NCBI RefSeq assembly: GCF_006345805.1
Contig: NW_021833014.1
Coordinates: 1-64,000 of the forward strand
Source of the DNA: Octopus sinensis
Taxonomy: Eukaryota
DNA length: 64,000 nucleotides
Reading direction: 5' to 3'
The translations under genes were made by a program, and so were the position numbers. Positions 50,901-62,597 of the stretch are shown piece after piece. Position 1 is the stretch's first letter; each line of letters starts with the position of its first letter. The notes under the pieces were generated by a model. That model was not told the DNA's origin. It ran no database searches and saw nothing but the letters and a program-made list of their open reading frames with translations.

Positions 50901-53900
50901 TGTGTCACTGGCACAGGAGCCAGTCAGGCATCGACCATGCTCAAATGGTGCTTTTTACATGCCACTGGCAATGACGACACTTGAATGTTTTTTTATGTGT
51001 CACTGGCACAGGAGCCAGTCAGGCATCGACCATGCTCAAATGGTGCTTTTTACATGCCAGTGGCAATGACCACACTTGAATGGTGTTTTTATGTGTCACT
51101 GGCACAGGAGCCAGTCAGCATCGACCATGCTCAAATGGTGCTTTTTACATGCCACTGGCAATGACCACACTTGAATGGTGTTTTTATGTGTCACTGGCAC
51201 AGAGCCAGTCAGGCATCGACCATGCTCAAATGGTGCTTTTTACATGCCACTGGCAATGACCACACTTGAATGGTGTTTTTATGTGTCACTGGCACAGGAG
51301 CCAGTCAGGCATCGACCATGCTCAAATGGTGCTTTTTACATGCCACTGGCAATGACGACACTTGAATGGTGTTTTTATGTGTCACTGGCACAGGAGCCAG
51401 TCAGGCATCGACCATGCTCAAATGGTGCTTTTTACATGCCCCCTGGCAATGACCACACTTGAATGGTGTTTTTATGTGTCACTGGCACAGGAGCCAGTCA
51501 GGCATCGACCATGCTCAAATGGTGCTTTTTACATGCCACTGGCAATGACCACACTTGAATGGTGTTTTATGTGTCACTGGCACAGGAGCCAGTCAGGCAT
51601 CGACCATGCTCAATGGTGCTTTTTACATGCCACTGGCAATGACCACACTTGAATGGTGTTTTTATGTGTCACTGGCCTGGCACAGGACCAGTCAGGCATC
51701 GACCATGCTCAATGGTGCTTTTTACATGCCACTGGCAATGACGACACTTGAATGGTGTTTTTATGTGTCACTGGCACAGGAGCCAGTCAGGCATCGACCA
51801 TGCTCAAATGGTGCTTTTTCATGCCACTGGCAATGACCACACTTGAATGGTGTTTTGTTTGTGTCACTGGCACAGGAGCCAGTCAGGCATCGACCATGCT
51901 CAAATGGTGCTTTTTACATGCCACTGGCAATGACCACACTTGAATGGTGTTTTTATGTGTCACTGGCACAGGAGCCAGTCAGGCATCGACCATGCTCAAA
52001 TGGTGCTTTTTACATGCCACTGGCAATGACCACACTTGAATGGTGTTTTTTATGTGTCACTGGCACAGGAGCCAGTCAGGCATCGACCATGCTCAAATGG
52101 TGCTTTTTACATGCCACTGGCAATGACCACACTTGAATGGTGTTTTTTATGTGTCACTGGCCAGGAGCCAGTCAGGCATCGACCATGCTCAAATGGTGCT
52201 TTTTACATGCCACTGGCAATGACCACACTTGAATGGTGTTTTTATGGTCCACTGGCACAGGAGCCAGTCAGCATCGACCATGCTCAAATGGTGCTTTTTA
52301 CATGCCACTGGCAATGACCACACTTGAATGGTGTTTTATGTGTCACTGGCACAGGCCAGTCAGGCATCGACCATGCTCAAATGGTGCTTTTTACATGCCA
52401 CTGGCAATGACGACACTTGAATGGTGTTTTTATGTGTCACTGGCACAGGAGCCAGTCAGGCATCGACCATGCTCAAATGGTGCTTTTTACATGCCACTGG
52501 CAATGACCACACTTGAATGGTGTTTTTATGTGTCACTGGCACAGGAGCCAGTCAGCATCGACCATGCTCAAATGGTGCTTTTTACATGCCACTGGCAATG
52601 ACCACACTTGAATGGTGTTTTTATGTGTCACTGGCACAGGAGCCAGTCAGGCATCGACCATGCTCAAATGGTGCTTTTTACATGCCACTGGCAATGACCA
52701 CACTTGAATGGTGTTTTATGTGTCACTGGCACAGGAGCCAGTCAGGCATCGACCATGCTCAAATGGTGCTTTTTACATGCCACTGGCAATGACCACACTT
52801 GAATGGTGTTTTTATGTGTCACTGGCACAGGAGCCAGTCAGGCATCGACCATGCTCAATGGTGCTTTTTACATGCCACTGGCAATGACCACACTTGAATG
52901 GTGTTTTTATGTGTCACTGGCACAGGAGCCAGTCAGGCATCGACCATGCTCAAATGGTGCTTTTTACATGCCACTGGTAATGACCACACTTGAATGGTGT
53001 TTTTATGTGTCACTGGCACAGGAGCCAGTCAGGCATCGACCATGCTCAAATGGTGCTTTTTACATGCCACTGGTAATGACCACACTTGAATGGTGTTTTT
53101 ATGTGTCACTGGCACAGGAGCCAGTCAGGCATCGACCATGCTCAAATGGTGCTTTTTACATGCCACTGGTAATGACCACACTTGAATGTGTTTTTATGTG
53201 TCACTGGCACAGGAGCCAGTCAGCATCGACCATGCTCAAATGGTGCTTTTTACATGCCACTGGCATGACCACACTTGAATGGTGTTTTTATGTGTCACTG
53301 GCACAGGAGCCAGTCAGGCATCGACCATGCTCAAATGGTGCTTTTTACATGCCACTGGTAATGACCACACTTGAATGGTGTTTTTATGTGTCACTGGCAC
53401 AGGAGCCAGTCAGGCATCGACATGCTCAAATGGTGCTTTTTACATGCCACTGGCAATGACCACACTTGAATGGTGTTTTTTATGTGTCACTGGCACAGGA
53501 GCCAGTCAGGCATCGACCATGCTCAAATGGTGCTTTTTACATGCCACTGGCAATGACCACACTTGAATGTGTTTTTATGTGTCACTGGCACAGGAGCCAG
53601 TCAGGCATCGACCATGCTCAAATGGTGCTTTTTACATGCCACTGCAATGACCACACTTGAATGGTGTTTTTATGTGTCACTGGCACAGGAGCCAGTCAGG
53701 CATCGACCATGCTCAAATGTGCTTTTTACATGCCACTGGCAATGACCACACTTGAATGGTTTTTTTATGTGTCACTGGCACAGGAGCCAGTCAGGCATCG
53801 ACCATGCTCAAATGGTGCTTTTTACATGCCACTGGCAATGACCACACTTGAATGGTGTTTTTATGTGTCACTGGCACAGGAGCCAGTCAGCATCGACCAT

Positions 53901-56900
53901 GCTCAAATGGTGCTTTTTACATGCCACTGGCAATGACCACACTTGAATGGTGTTTTTATGTGTCACTGGCACAGGAGCCAGTCAGGCATCGACCATGCTC
54001 AAATGGTGCTTTTTACATGCCACTGGCAATGACCACACTGAATGGTGTTTTTATGTGTCACTGGCACAGGAGCCAGTCAGGCACGACCATGCTCAAATGG
54101 TGCTTTTTACATGCCACTGGCAATGACCACACTTGAATGGTGTTTTTATGTGTCACTGGCACAGGAGCCAGTCAGGCATCGACCATGCTCAAATGGTGCT
54201 TTTTACATGCCACTGGCAATGACCACACTTGAATGGTGTTTTTTGTGTCACTGGCACAGGAGCCAGTCAGGCATCGACCATGCTCAAATGGTGCTTTTTA
54301 CATGCCACTGGCAATGACCACACTTGAATGGTGTTTTTATGTGTCACTGGCACAGGAGCCAGTCAGGCATCGACCATGCTCAAATGGTGCTTTTTACATG
54401 CCAGTGGCAATGACCACACTTGAATGGTGTTTTTATGTGTCACTGGCACAGGAGCCAGTCAGGCATCAACCATGCTCGAATGGTGCTTTTTACATGCCAG
54501 TGGCAATGACCACACTTGAATGGTGTTTTTTTGTGTCACTGGCACAGGAGCCAGTCAGGCATCGACCATGCTCAAATGGTGCTTTTTACATGCCACTGGC
54601 AATGACCACACTTGAATGGTGTTTTTATGTGTCACTGGCACAGGAGCCAGTCAGGCATCGACCATGCTCAAATGGTGCTTTTTACATGCCACTGGCAATG
54701 ACCACACTTGAATGGTGTTTTTATGTGTCACTGGCACAGGAGCCAGTCAGGCATCGACCATGCTCAAATGGTGCTTTTTACATGCCACTGGCAATGACCA
54801 CACTTGAATGGTGTTTTTATGTGTCACTGGCACAGGAGCCAGTCAGGCATCGACCATGCTCAAATGGTGCTTTTTACATGCCACTGGCAATGACCACACT
54901 TGAATGGTGTTTTTATGTGTCACTCTGGCACAGGAGCCAGTCAGGCATCGACCATGCTCAAATGGTGCTTTTTACATGCCACTGGCAATGACCACACTTG
55001 AATGGTGTTTTTATGTGTCACTGGCACAGGAGCCAGTCAGGCATCGACCATGCTCAAATGGTGCTTTTTACATGCCACTGGCAATGACCACACTTGAATG
55101 GTGTTTTTATGTGTCACTGGCACAGGAGCCAGTCAGGCATCGACCATGCTCAAATGGTGCTTTTTACATGCCACTGGCAATGACCACACTTGAATGGTGT
55201 TTTTATGTGTCACTGGCACAGGAGCCAGTCAGGCATCGACCATGCTCAAATGGTGCTTTTTACATGCCACTGGCAATGACCACACTTGAATGGTGTTTTT
55301 ATGTGTCACTGGCACAGGAGCCAGTCAGGCATCGACCATGCTCAAATGGTGCTTTTTACATGCCACTGGCAATGACCACACTTGAATGGTGTTTTTGTGT
55401 CACTGGCACAGGAGCCAGTCAGGCATCGACCATGCTCAAATGGTGCTTTTTACATGCCACTGGCAATGACGACACTTGAATGGTGTTTTTATGTGTCACT
55501 GGCACAGGAGCCAGTCAGGCATCGACCATGCTCAAATGGTGCTTTTACATGCCACTGGCAATGACCACACTTGAATGGTGTTTTTATGTGTCACTGGCAC
55601 AGGAGCCAGTCAGGCATCGACCATGCTCAAATGGTGCTTTTTACATGCCACTGGCAATGACGACACTTGAATGGTGTTTTTATGTGTCACTGGCACAGGA
55701 GCCAGTCAGGCATCGACCATGCTCAAATGGTGCTTTTTACATGCCACTGGCAATGACGACACTTGAATGGTGTTTTTATGTGTCCACTGGCACAGGAGCC
55801 AGTCAGGCATCGACCATGCTCAAATGGTGCTTTTTACATGCCACTGGCAATGACCACACTTGAATGGTGTTTTTATGTGTCACTGGCACAGGAGCCAGTC
55901 AGGCATCGACCATGCTCAAATGGTGCTTTTTACATGCCACTGGCAATGACCACACTTGAATGGTGTTTTTATGTGTCACTGGCACAGGAGCCAGTCAGGC
56001 ATCGACCATGCTCAAATGGTGCTTTTTACATGCCACTGGCAATGACCACACTTGAATGGTGTTTTTATGTGTCACTGGCACAGGAGCCAGTCAGGCATCG
56101 ACCATGCTCAATGGTGCTTTTTACATGCCACTGGCAATGACCACACACTTGAATGTGTTTTTATGTGTCACTGGCACAGGAGCCAGTCAGGCATCGACCA
56201 TGCTCAAATGGTGCTTTTTACATGCCACTGGCAATGACCACACTTGAATGGTGTTTTTATGTGTCACTGGCACAGGAGCCAGTCAGGCATCGACCATGCT
56301 CAAATGGTGCTTTTTACATGCCACTGGTAATGACCACACTTGAATGGTGTTTTTATGTGTCACTGGCACAGGAGCCAGTCAGGCATCGACCATGCTCAAA
56401 TGGTGCTTTTTACATGCCACTGGTAATGACCACACTTGAATGGTGTTTTTATGTGTCACTGGCACAGGAGCCAGTCAGGCATCGACCATGCTCAATGGTG
56501 CTTTTTACATGCCACTGGTAATGACCACACTTGAATGGTGTTTTTATGTGTCACTGGCACAGGAGCCAGTCAGGCATCGACCATGCTCAAATGGTGCTTT
56601 TTACATGCCACTGGTAATGACCACACTTGAATGGTGTTTTTTATGTTCACTGGCACAGGAGCCAGTCAGGCATCGACCATGCTCAAATGGTGCTTTTTAC
56701 ATGCCACTGGTAATGACCACACTTGAATGGTGTTTTTATGTGTCACTGGCACAGGAGCCAGTCAGGCATCGACCATGCTCAAATGGTGCTTTTACATGCC
56801 ACTGGCAATGACGACACTTGAATGGTGTTTTTATGTGTCACTGGCACAGGAGCCAGTCAGGCATCGACCATGCTCAAATGGTGCTTTTTACATGCCACTG

Positions 56901-59105
56901 GCAATGACCACACTTGAATGGTGTTTTTATGTGTCACTGGCACAGGAGCCAGTCGGCATCGACCATGCTCAATGGTGCTTTTTACATGCCACTGGCAATG
57001 ACCACACTTGAATGGTGTTTTTATGTGTCACTGGCACAGGAGCCAGTCAGGCATCGACCATGCTCAAATGGTGCTTTTTACATGCCACTGGCAATGACCA
57101 CACTTGAATGGTGTTTTTATGTGTCACTGGCACAGGAGCCAGTCAGGCATCGACCATGCTCAATGGTGCTTTTTACATGCCACTGGCAATGACCACACTT
57201 GAATGGTGTTTTTATGTGTCACTGGCACAGGAGCCAGTCAGGCATCGACCATGCTCAAATGGTGCTTTTTACATGCCACTGGCAATGACCACACTTGAAT
57301 GGTGTTTTTATGTGTCACTGGCACAGGAGCCAGTCAGGCATCGACCATGCTCAAATGGTGCTTTTTACATGCCACTGGCAATGACCACACTTGAATGGTG
57401 TTTTTATGTGTCACTGGCACAGGAGCCAGTCAGGCATCGACCATGCTCAATGGTGCTTTTTACATGCCACTGGCAATGACCACACTTGAATGGTGTTTTT
57501 ATGTGTCACTGGCACAGGAGCCAGTCAGGCATCGACCATGCTCGAATGGTGCTTTTTACATGCCACTGGCAATGACCACACTTGAATGGTGTTTTTTATG
57601 TGTCACTGGCACAGGAGCCAGTCAGGCATCGACCATCGACCATGCTCAAATGGTGCTTTTTACATGCCACTGGCAATGACCACACTTGAATGGTGTTTTT
57701 ATGTGTCACTGGCACAGGAGCCAGTCAGGCATCGACCATGCTCAAATGGTGCTTTTACATGCCACTGGCACAGGAGCCAGTCTGTAACACTGGCAACGAT
57801 CATGCTCGAATGGTGCTTTTTACATGCCACTGGCAATGACCACACTTGAATGGTGTTTTTATGTGTCACTGGCACAGGAGCCAGTCAGGCATCGACCATG
57901 CTCAAATGTGCTTTTTACATGCCACTGGCACAGGAGCCAGTCTGGTAACACTGGCAACGATCATGCTCGAATGGTGCTTTTTACATGCCACTGGCAATGA
58001 CCACCACTTGAATGGTGTTTTTATGTGCCACTGGCACAGGAGCCAGTCAGGCATCGACCATGCTCAAATGGTGCTTTTTACATGCCACTGGCAATGACCA
58101 CACTTGAATGGTGTTTTTATGTGCACTGGCACAGGAGCCAGTCAGGCATCGACCATGCTCAAATGGTGCTTTTTACATGCCATTGGCACAGGAGCCAGTC
58201 TGGTACACTGGCAACGATCATGCTCGAATGGTGCTTTTACATGCCACTGGCAATGACCACACTTGAATGGTGTTTTTATGTGCCACTGGCACAGGAGCCA
58301 GTCAGGCATCGACCATGCTCAAATGGTGCTTTTTACATGCCACTGGCAATGACCACACTTGAATGTGTGTTTTTATGTGCACTGGCACAGGAGCCAGTCA
58401 GGCATCGACCATGCTCAAATGGTGCTTTTTACATGCCATTGGCACAGGAGCCAGTCTGGTAACACTGGCAACGATCATGCTCGAATGGTGCTTTTTACAT
58501 GCCACTGCAATGACCACACTTGAATGGTTTTTTTATGTGCCACTGGCACAGGAGCCAGTCAGTATCGACCATGCTCAAATGGTGCTTTTTACATGCCACT
58601 GGCACAGGAGCCAGTCTGGTAACACTGGCAACGATCATGCTCGAATGGTGCTTTTTACATGCCACTGGCAATGACCACACTTGAATGGTGTTTTTATGTG
58701 CCACTGGCACAGGAGCCAGTCAGGCATCGACCATGCTCAAATGGTGCTTTTTACATGCCATTGGCACAGGAGCCAGTCTGGTAACACTGGCAACGATCAT
58801 GCTCAAATGGTGCTTTTACATGCCACTGGTAATGACCACACTTGAATCGTGTTTTTATGTGCCACTGGCACAGGAGCCAGTCAGGCATCGACCATGCTCA
58901 AATGGTGCTTTTTACATGTCACTGGCACAGGAGCCAGTCTGGTAACACTGGCAACGATCATGCTCGAATGGTGCTTTTTACATGCCACTGGCAATGAACA
59001 CACTTGAATGGTGTTTTTATGTGCCACTGGCACAGGAGCCAGTCAGGCATCGACCATGCTCAAATGGTGCTTTTTACATGCCACTGGCACAGGAGCCAGT
59101 CAGTG
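23970..59105. repeat. ~35-kb tandem satellite built from subunits A (56 bp), B (66 bp) and C (40 bp); main units ABC = 162 bp and AC = 96 bp
   Basis: 96-mer: TTGAATGGTGTTTTTATGTGTCACTGGCACAGGAGCCAGTCAGGCATCGACCATGCTCAAATGGTGCTTTTTACATGCCACTGGCAATGACCACAC. Periods measured: 29820->29982 (162) and 32420->32525 (105-bp variant); 32-aa ORF periodicity in the core. Confidence 0.98.
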
Positions 59106-59221
59106 GCTCCGGCAACAATCACTGATAAAAAAAGTGAACATAAAACAAGATATGTAATAAATTAAAACTGGATTCATTTGTATCAAAAATAATCAGGTTT
59201 TTCTTAATTAATTCTAATTAC

Positions 59222-59296
59222 CTTTGGCCGAGCCACAACGATCATTACGAAGACAGCAACTTGTAGAGCAAGGATAATGGTCATTATTGTACTGTA
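59222..59296 (-). CDS. Tetraspanin coding exon 3 (TM3): YSTIMTIILALQVAVFVMIVVARPK
   Basis: TTTATTTTCCAG|TAC ... AAG|GTAATT; 75 nt; hydrophobic helix with a polar Q at the conserved E/Q position. Confidence 0.92.
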
Positions 59297-59377
59297 CTGG
59301 AAAATAAAAGACATAGGTTCAAATAGTACTGATTGCAGTGAGAAAAATGGGAAAAAACGTTGTAACAAAAACTATTT

Positions 59378-59660
59378 TGAATAATCCTTTTTACTATAAG
59401 CACAAGGTCTGAAATTGGTGGGCGCGGGGGGGGGGGGGTTAGTTTAATACATCGCCCCCCCCAGTGTGGCACTGGTACTTAATTTATCACCTCAAAAGGA
59501 TGAATGGCAAAGTCGACCTCAGCGGAATTTGAACTCAGAATGTTGAGTAATAATAATAATAATAATAATCAATATTGGGGGAAATGGGGAAGAGTCAATT
59601 ACATCGGACCCCAGTGTTCAACTGGTACTTATTTTGTATACTGTAAACAGCTTAATGCAG
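59378..59660 (-). mobile_element. Two SINE family B fragments separated by (AAT)n
   Basis: AAAGGATGAATGGCAAAGTCGACCTCAGCGGAATTTGAACTCAGAA; ATTACATCGGACCCCAGTGTTCAACTGGTACTTA. Confidence 0.7.
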
Positions 59661-59740
59661 ATAATTTTTATCGACAAAATCTTACATGGATCCCCAAGTG
59701 TCATATAACCCCTTGAGAATGACTGGGTTAAAAAAGGGAA

Positions 59741-59829
59741 ATGTTGTAAGGGCTGTGGTGCCATGTTGTAAGGGCTGTGGTGCCATGTTGTAAGGGCTGT
59801 GGTGCCATGTTGTAAGGGGTGTGGTGCCA
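59741..59829. repeat. 22-bp minisatellite, 4 copies (ATGTTGTAAGGGCTGTGGTGCC)
   Basis: Units start at 59741, 59763, 59785 and 59807. Confidence 0.95.
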
Positions 59830-59949
59830 AGTTTTCTCCTGCTGGTTGCTGTTCTTAGAACCAACCTTGTTCGAATCCAAGGTAACATCATCACCCCACC
59901 TCACTCCTTTGAACAACATGCACCTTAATGGATTACTATGTTTGCAAGG

Positions 59950-60275
59950 AAGGGCGGTGAGCTGGCAGAATCGTTAGCACGCCGGGCTAAGTGCTTAGCG
60001 GTATTTCGTCTGTCGTTACGTTCTGAGTTCAAATTCCGCCGAGGTCAACTTTGCCTTTCATCTTTTCGGAGTTGATAAATTAAGTATCAGTTACGCACTG
60101 GGGTCGATGTAATCGTCTTAATCTGTTTGTCTGTCCTTGTTTGTCCTCTCTGTGTTTGACTCCTTGTGGGTAGTAAAGAAATAGGTATTTCGTCTGCCGT
60201 TACTGGGGTCGATGTAATCAACTTAATCCATTTGTCCTCTCTGTGTTTAGCCCCTTGTGGGTAATAAAGAAACAG
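59950..60275 (+). mobile_element. tRNA-derived SINE (family B) with duplicated 3' part
   Basis: GGCGGTGAGCTGGCAGAATCGTTAGC head; B-box-like GAGTTCAAATTCC; 3' block CTGGGGTCGATGTAATC...CCTTGTGGGTA repeated twice. Confidence 0.85.
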
Positions 60276-60463
60276 ATACACCTATAACATACGACCAACT
60301 GATTAAATTTGCTTCAGAACCATGAGGCCCTAGGTTCATCTCCACTGCTTGGCGTTTTGAGCAAATGTTTTTTTCTATAGCGTTGAATTGACCCAAAGCT
60401 CACAAGTGAAACTGAGCAGATGACAGATGAAAGAACTGCAATTGAAAGACGTAGCTATTCACA

Positions 60464-60812
60464 TTCAAAATCAAAAATCAAAATCGATCAACATGAATGG
60501 AAATTGTAGCTGTGATGCCGGTGGCACATAAGAGAACCATCCGAATGTGGCCGTTGCCAGCGCCGCCCCGACTGGCCTCCATGCCGGTGGCACGTAAAAA
60601 GCACCATCCGATCGTGGCCGTTTGCCAGCCTCCCCTGGCACGTAAAAAGCACCCACTACACTCATGGAGTGGTTGGTGTTAGGAAGGACATCCAGCCGTA
60701 GAAACATTGCCAGATCAGACTGGGCCTGGTGCAGCCTCCTGGCTTCCCAGACCCCAGTTGCACCGCCCAACCCATGCCAGCATGGAAAGCGGACGCTAAA
60801 CGATGATGATGA
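60464..60812 (+). mobile_element. RTE 3' tail (intron 2)
   Basis: (AAATC)-rich 3' UTR, VNTR units, canonical tail and (GAT)3. Confidence 0.9.
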
Positions 60813-60959
60813 CAGATTGTCACACTAATTCTACCTGAGAAATTAAGTTACGGATACACCTATCTGTGGAATGGTAAGGCATCTGCAAACACCTTACAGG
60901 TGCCATATACAAACAAACAAAAGGTATTTTACTCAGATTTTACATCACCGTGTTTGCTA

Positions 60960-61320
60960 CATCATCATCGTTTAACATCTGTTTTCCATGCTGGCATGGG
61001 TTGGACGGTTCGACAAGGGTCTGGGAAGCCAGGAGGCTGCACCAGGCTCCAGTCTGATGTGGCAGTGTTTCCACAGCTGGATGCCCTTCCTAAGGCCAAC
61101 CACTCCGTGAATGTAGTGGGTGCTTTTATCGTGCCACCGAGACAGGTGCCAGGCGAGGCCGGCAACAGCCACGATCGGTTGGTGCATTTTACGTGCCACC
61201 GGCACTGGTATCACAACTACAATTTCCATTGATTTTTGATTGATTTCGATTTCACTTGCCTCAACAGGTTTTCGCAAGCAGAGTTTTGTGTCCCAAGAAG
61301 AAAAGGTACAAGTACCAAAA
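60960..61320 (-). mobile_element. RTE 3' tail (intron 2), inverted relative to 60464-60812
   Basis: (CAT)3 CGTTTAACATCTGTTTTCCATGCTGGCATGGGTTGG. Confidence 0.9.
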
Positions 61321-61329
61321 TATGTATGA

Positions 61330-61810
61330 TAAATATATAGCATCTCGAAAGAGTCCAGAAGCTGGCTACCCGCATGGTTCTTGGTCTCAAGAATTTGTCT
61401 TATGAAGAAAGGCTGAAGACGCTCAACCTTTATTCTCTAGAAAAACGACGATGCCATGGTGATCTCATTCTCGCTCACAATATCATAAGCAGAAAGTGTA
61501 ACCTCTCAAAAGAGCTGTTCTTCACTCCTGCTCCAGAGCATCGGCTGCGGGGTCATTCCGAAAAGCTCTTCCTGCGACGATTTCATCTCAATCGAAGGAG
61601 AGGGGCTTTCTCCGTCCAGGTTGCGGATCCGTGGAATAAGCTGCCGGACGAGATGGTGAAGATGCCGATGACCGCTCGGTTTAAAGTCTCCCTTGATCAC
61701 AAGTGGCCTGAACTCTTTGCATGAACACCACCCTGTACATAACTCCATGTCCCCCTACATGGCCTTGCATTTTGCTTTTTGAGCCAAAAAATTAACTAAT
61801 TAACCAACTA
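61330..61810 (+). mobile_element. CR1-clade LINE 3' end
   Basis: HLERVQKLATRMVLGLKNLSYEERLKTLNLYSLEKRR.GDLI...RGHSEKL...WNKLP; (TAAC)-like tail near 61795-61812. Confidence 0.88.
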
Positions 61811-62276
61811 ACATTCCAATCAAAAGACAAATTTGTCTTATTTTCCTGCCTAGGATTTCTTTACCATGCAAATCCCAAACCTATTTTATAAGGAAAAATA
61901 ATAAAAACTCTCAATAATAGAAATATAAAAATTACTAAGTCTCTATAATAGAGATTGCGGCAGCGTTTACTTGAAATTAATTGTTATCGCCATATTAATA
62001 TGGCATTCTTATAGATATAAGAATAATCGCTGCAGCTGGTCAGCTCCATGAGGCCACCGCCATCAAGATAGCTATTGATACACGATCTGTATCCATTATA
62101 ACCTTCGAACAAGGGAGGTCAGCCGCTTCACACTGCCAGTCCGACAGCTACAGATGCGTTTCGGGGTATTGCCCCATGTCAATATAGTGCAGTCAGACCG
62201 CAGGTGTCGCCACTGACGTCTCTGTTCGAAGGTTTCTATTTACCTAGTTTATTTAGAAAGCAGGTAATATACTCAC

Positions 62277-62504
62277 TGTTCCAAGCATCCAGATGTTCTC
62301 TTTCCATGTTCCAAAGCAACCGAAGAATGCAATAAATACAGCAACAACAGATGCAATTATCAGAACGATGGCAGCAGCCTTAATCGTCTCATTATCAAAG
62401 CCATCAAGAACACCTTCAATTTTAATTTCGTCAAGCCCCTCTAGTAAAAGGTCCTTTCTAGCCAGCAAGACGCTTCCGAGGGCAACACCAGCAATACCCA
62501 AGAT
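62277..62504 (-). CDS. Tetraspanin coding exon 2 (TM1 end, small loop, TM2): ILGIAGVALG...FIAFFGCFGTWKENIWMLGT
   Basis: TTTTTCAG|ATC ... ACA|GTGAGT; 228 nt; FFGCFG...KEN motif typical of tetraspanin TM2 and the inner loop. Confidence 0.95.
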
Positions 62505-62597
62505 CTGAAAAAAAAATAAAATCATTGCAGAATTGGTAACTGATCGTCAAGTAAAACAATTTAATGACAATTTTTAAATATGTAAAATTCTACTTAC

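Noticed and set aside
23968-58945. Hundreds of 60-255-aa ORFs with repeats such as MPLAMTTLEWCFYVSLAQEPVRHRPCSNGAFY
   Set aside because: They arise because unit lengths (96, 162, 105, 66) are multiples of 3 and one frame lacks stops. They shift frame at every indel, lie antisense inside an intron and derive from a retrotransposon 3' UTR, so there is no evidence of coding.
23970-59105. CRISPR-like repeat-spacer appearance of the array
   Set aside because: The intervening segments are themselves repeated subunits, not unique spacers; there are no cas genes and the context is a eukaryotic intron.
62102-62232. Short inverted repeat CCTTCGAACA...TGTTCGAAGG near the exon 2 donor
   Set aside because: Possibly a ~130-bp decayed MITE, but no TSD and a single copy; not enough to call.
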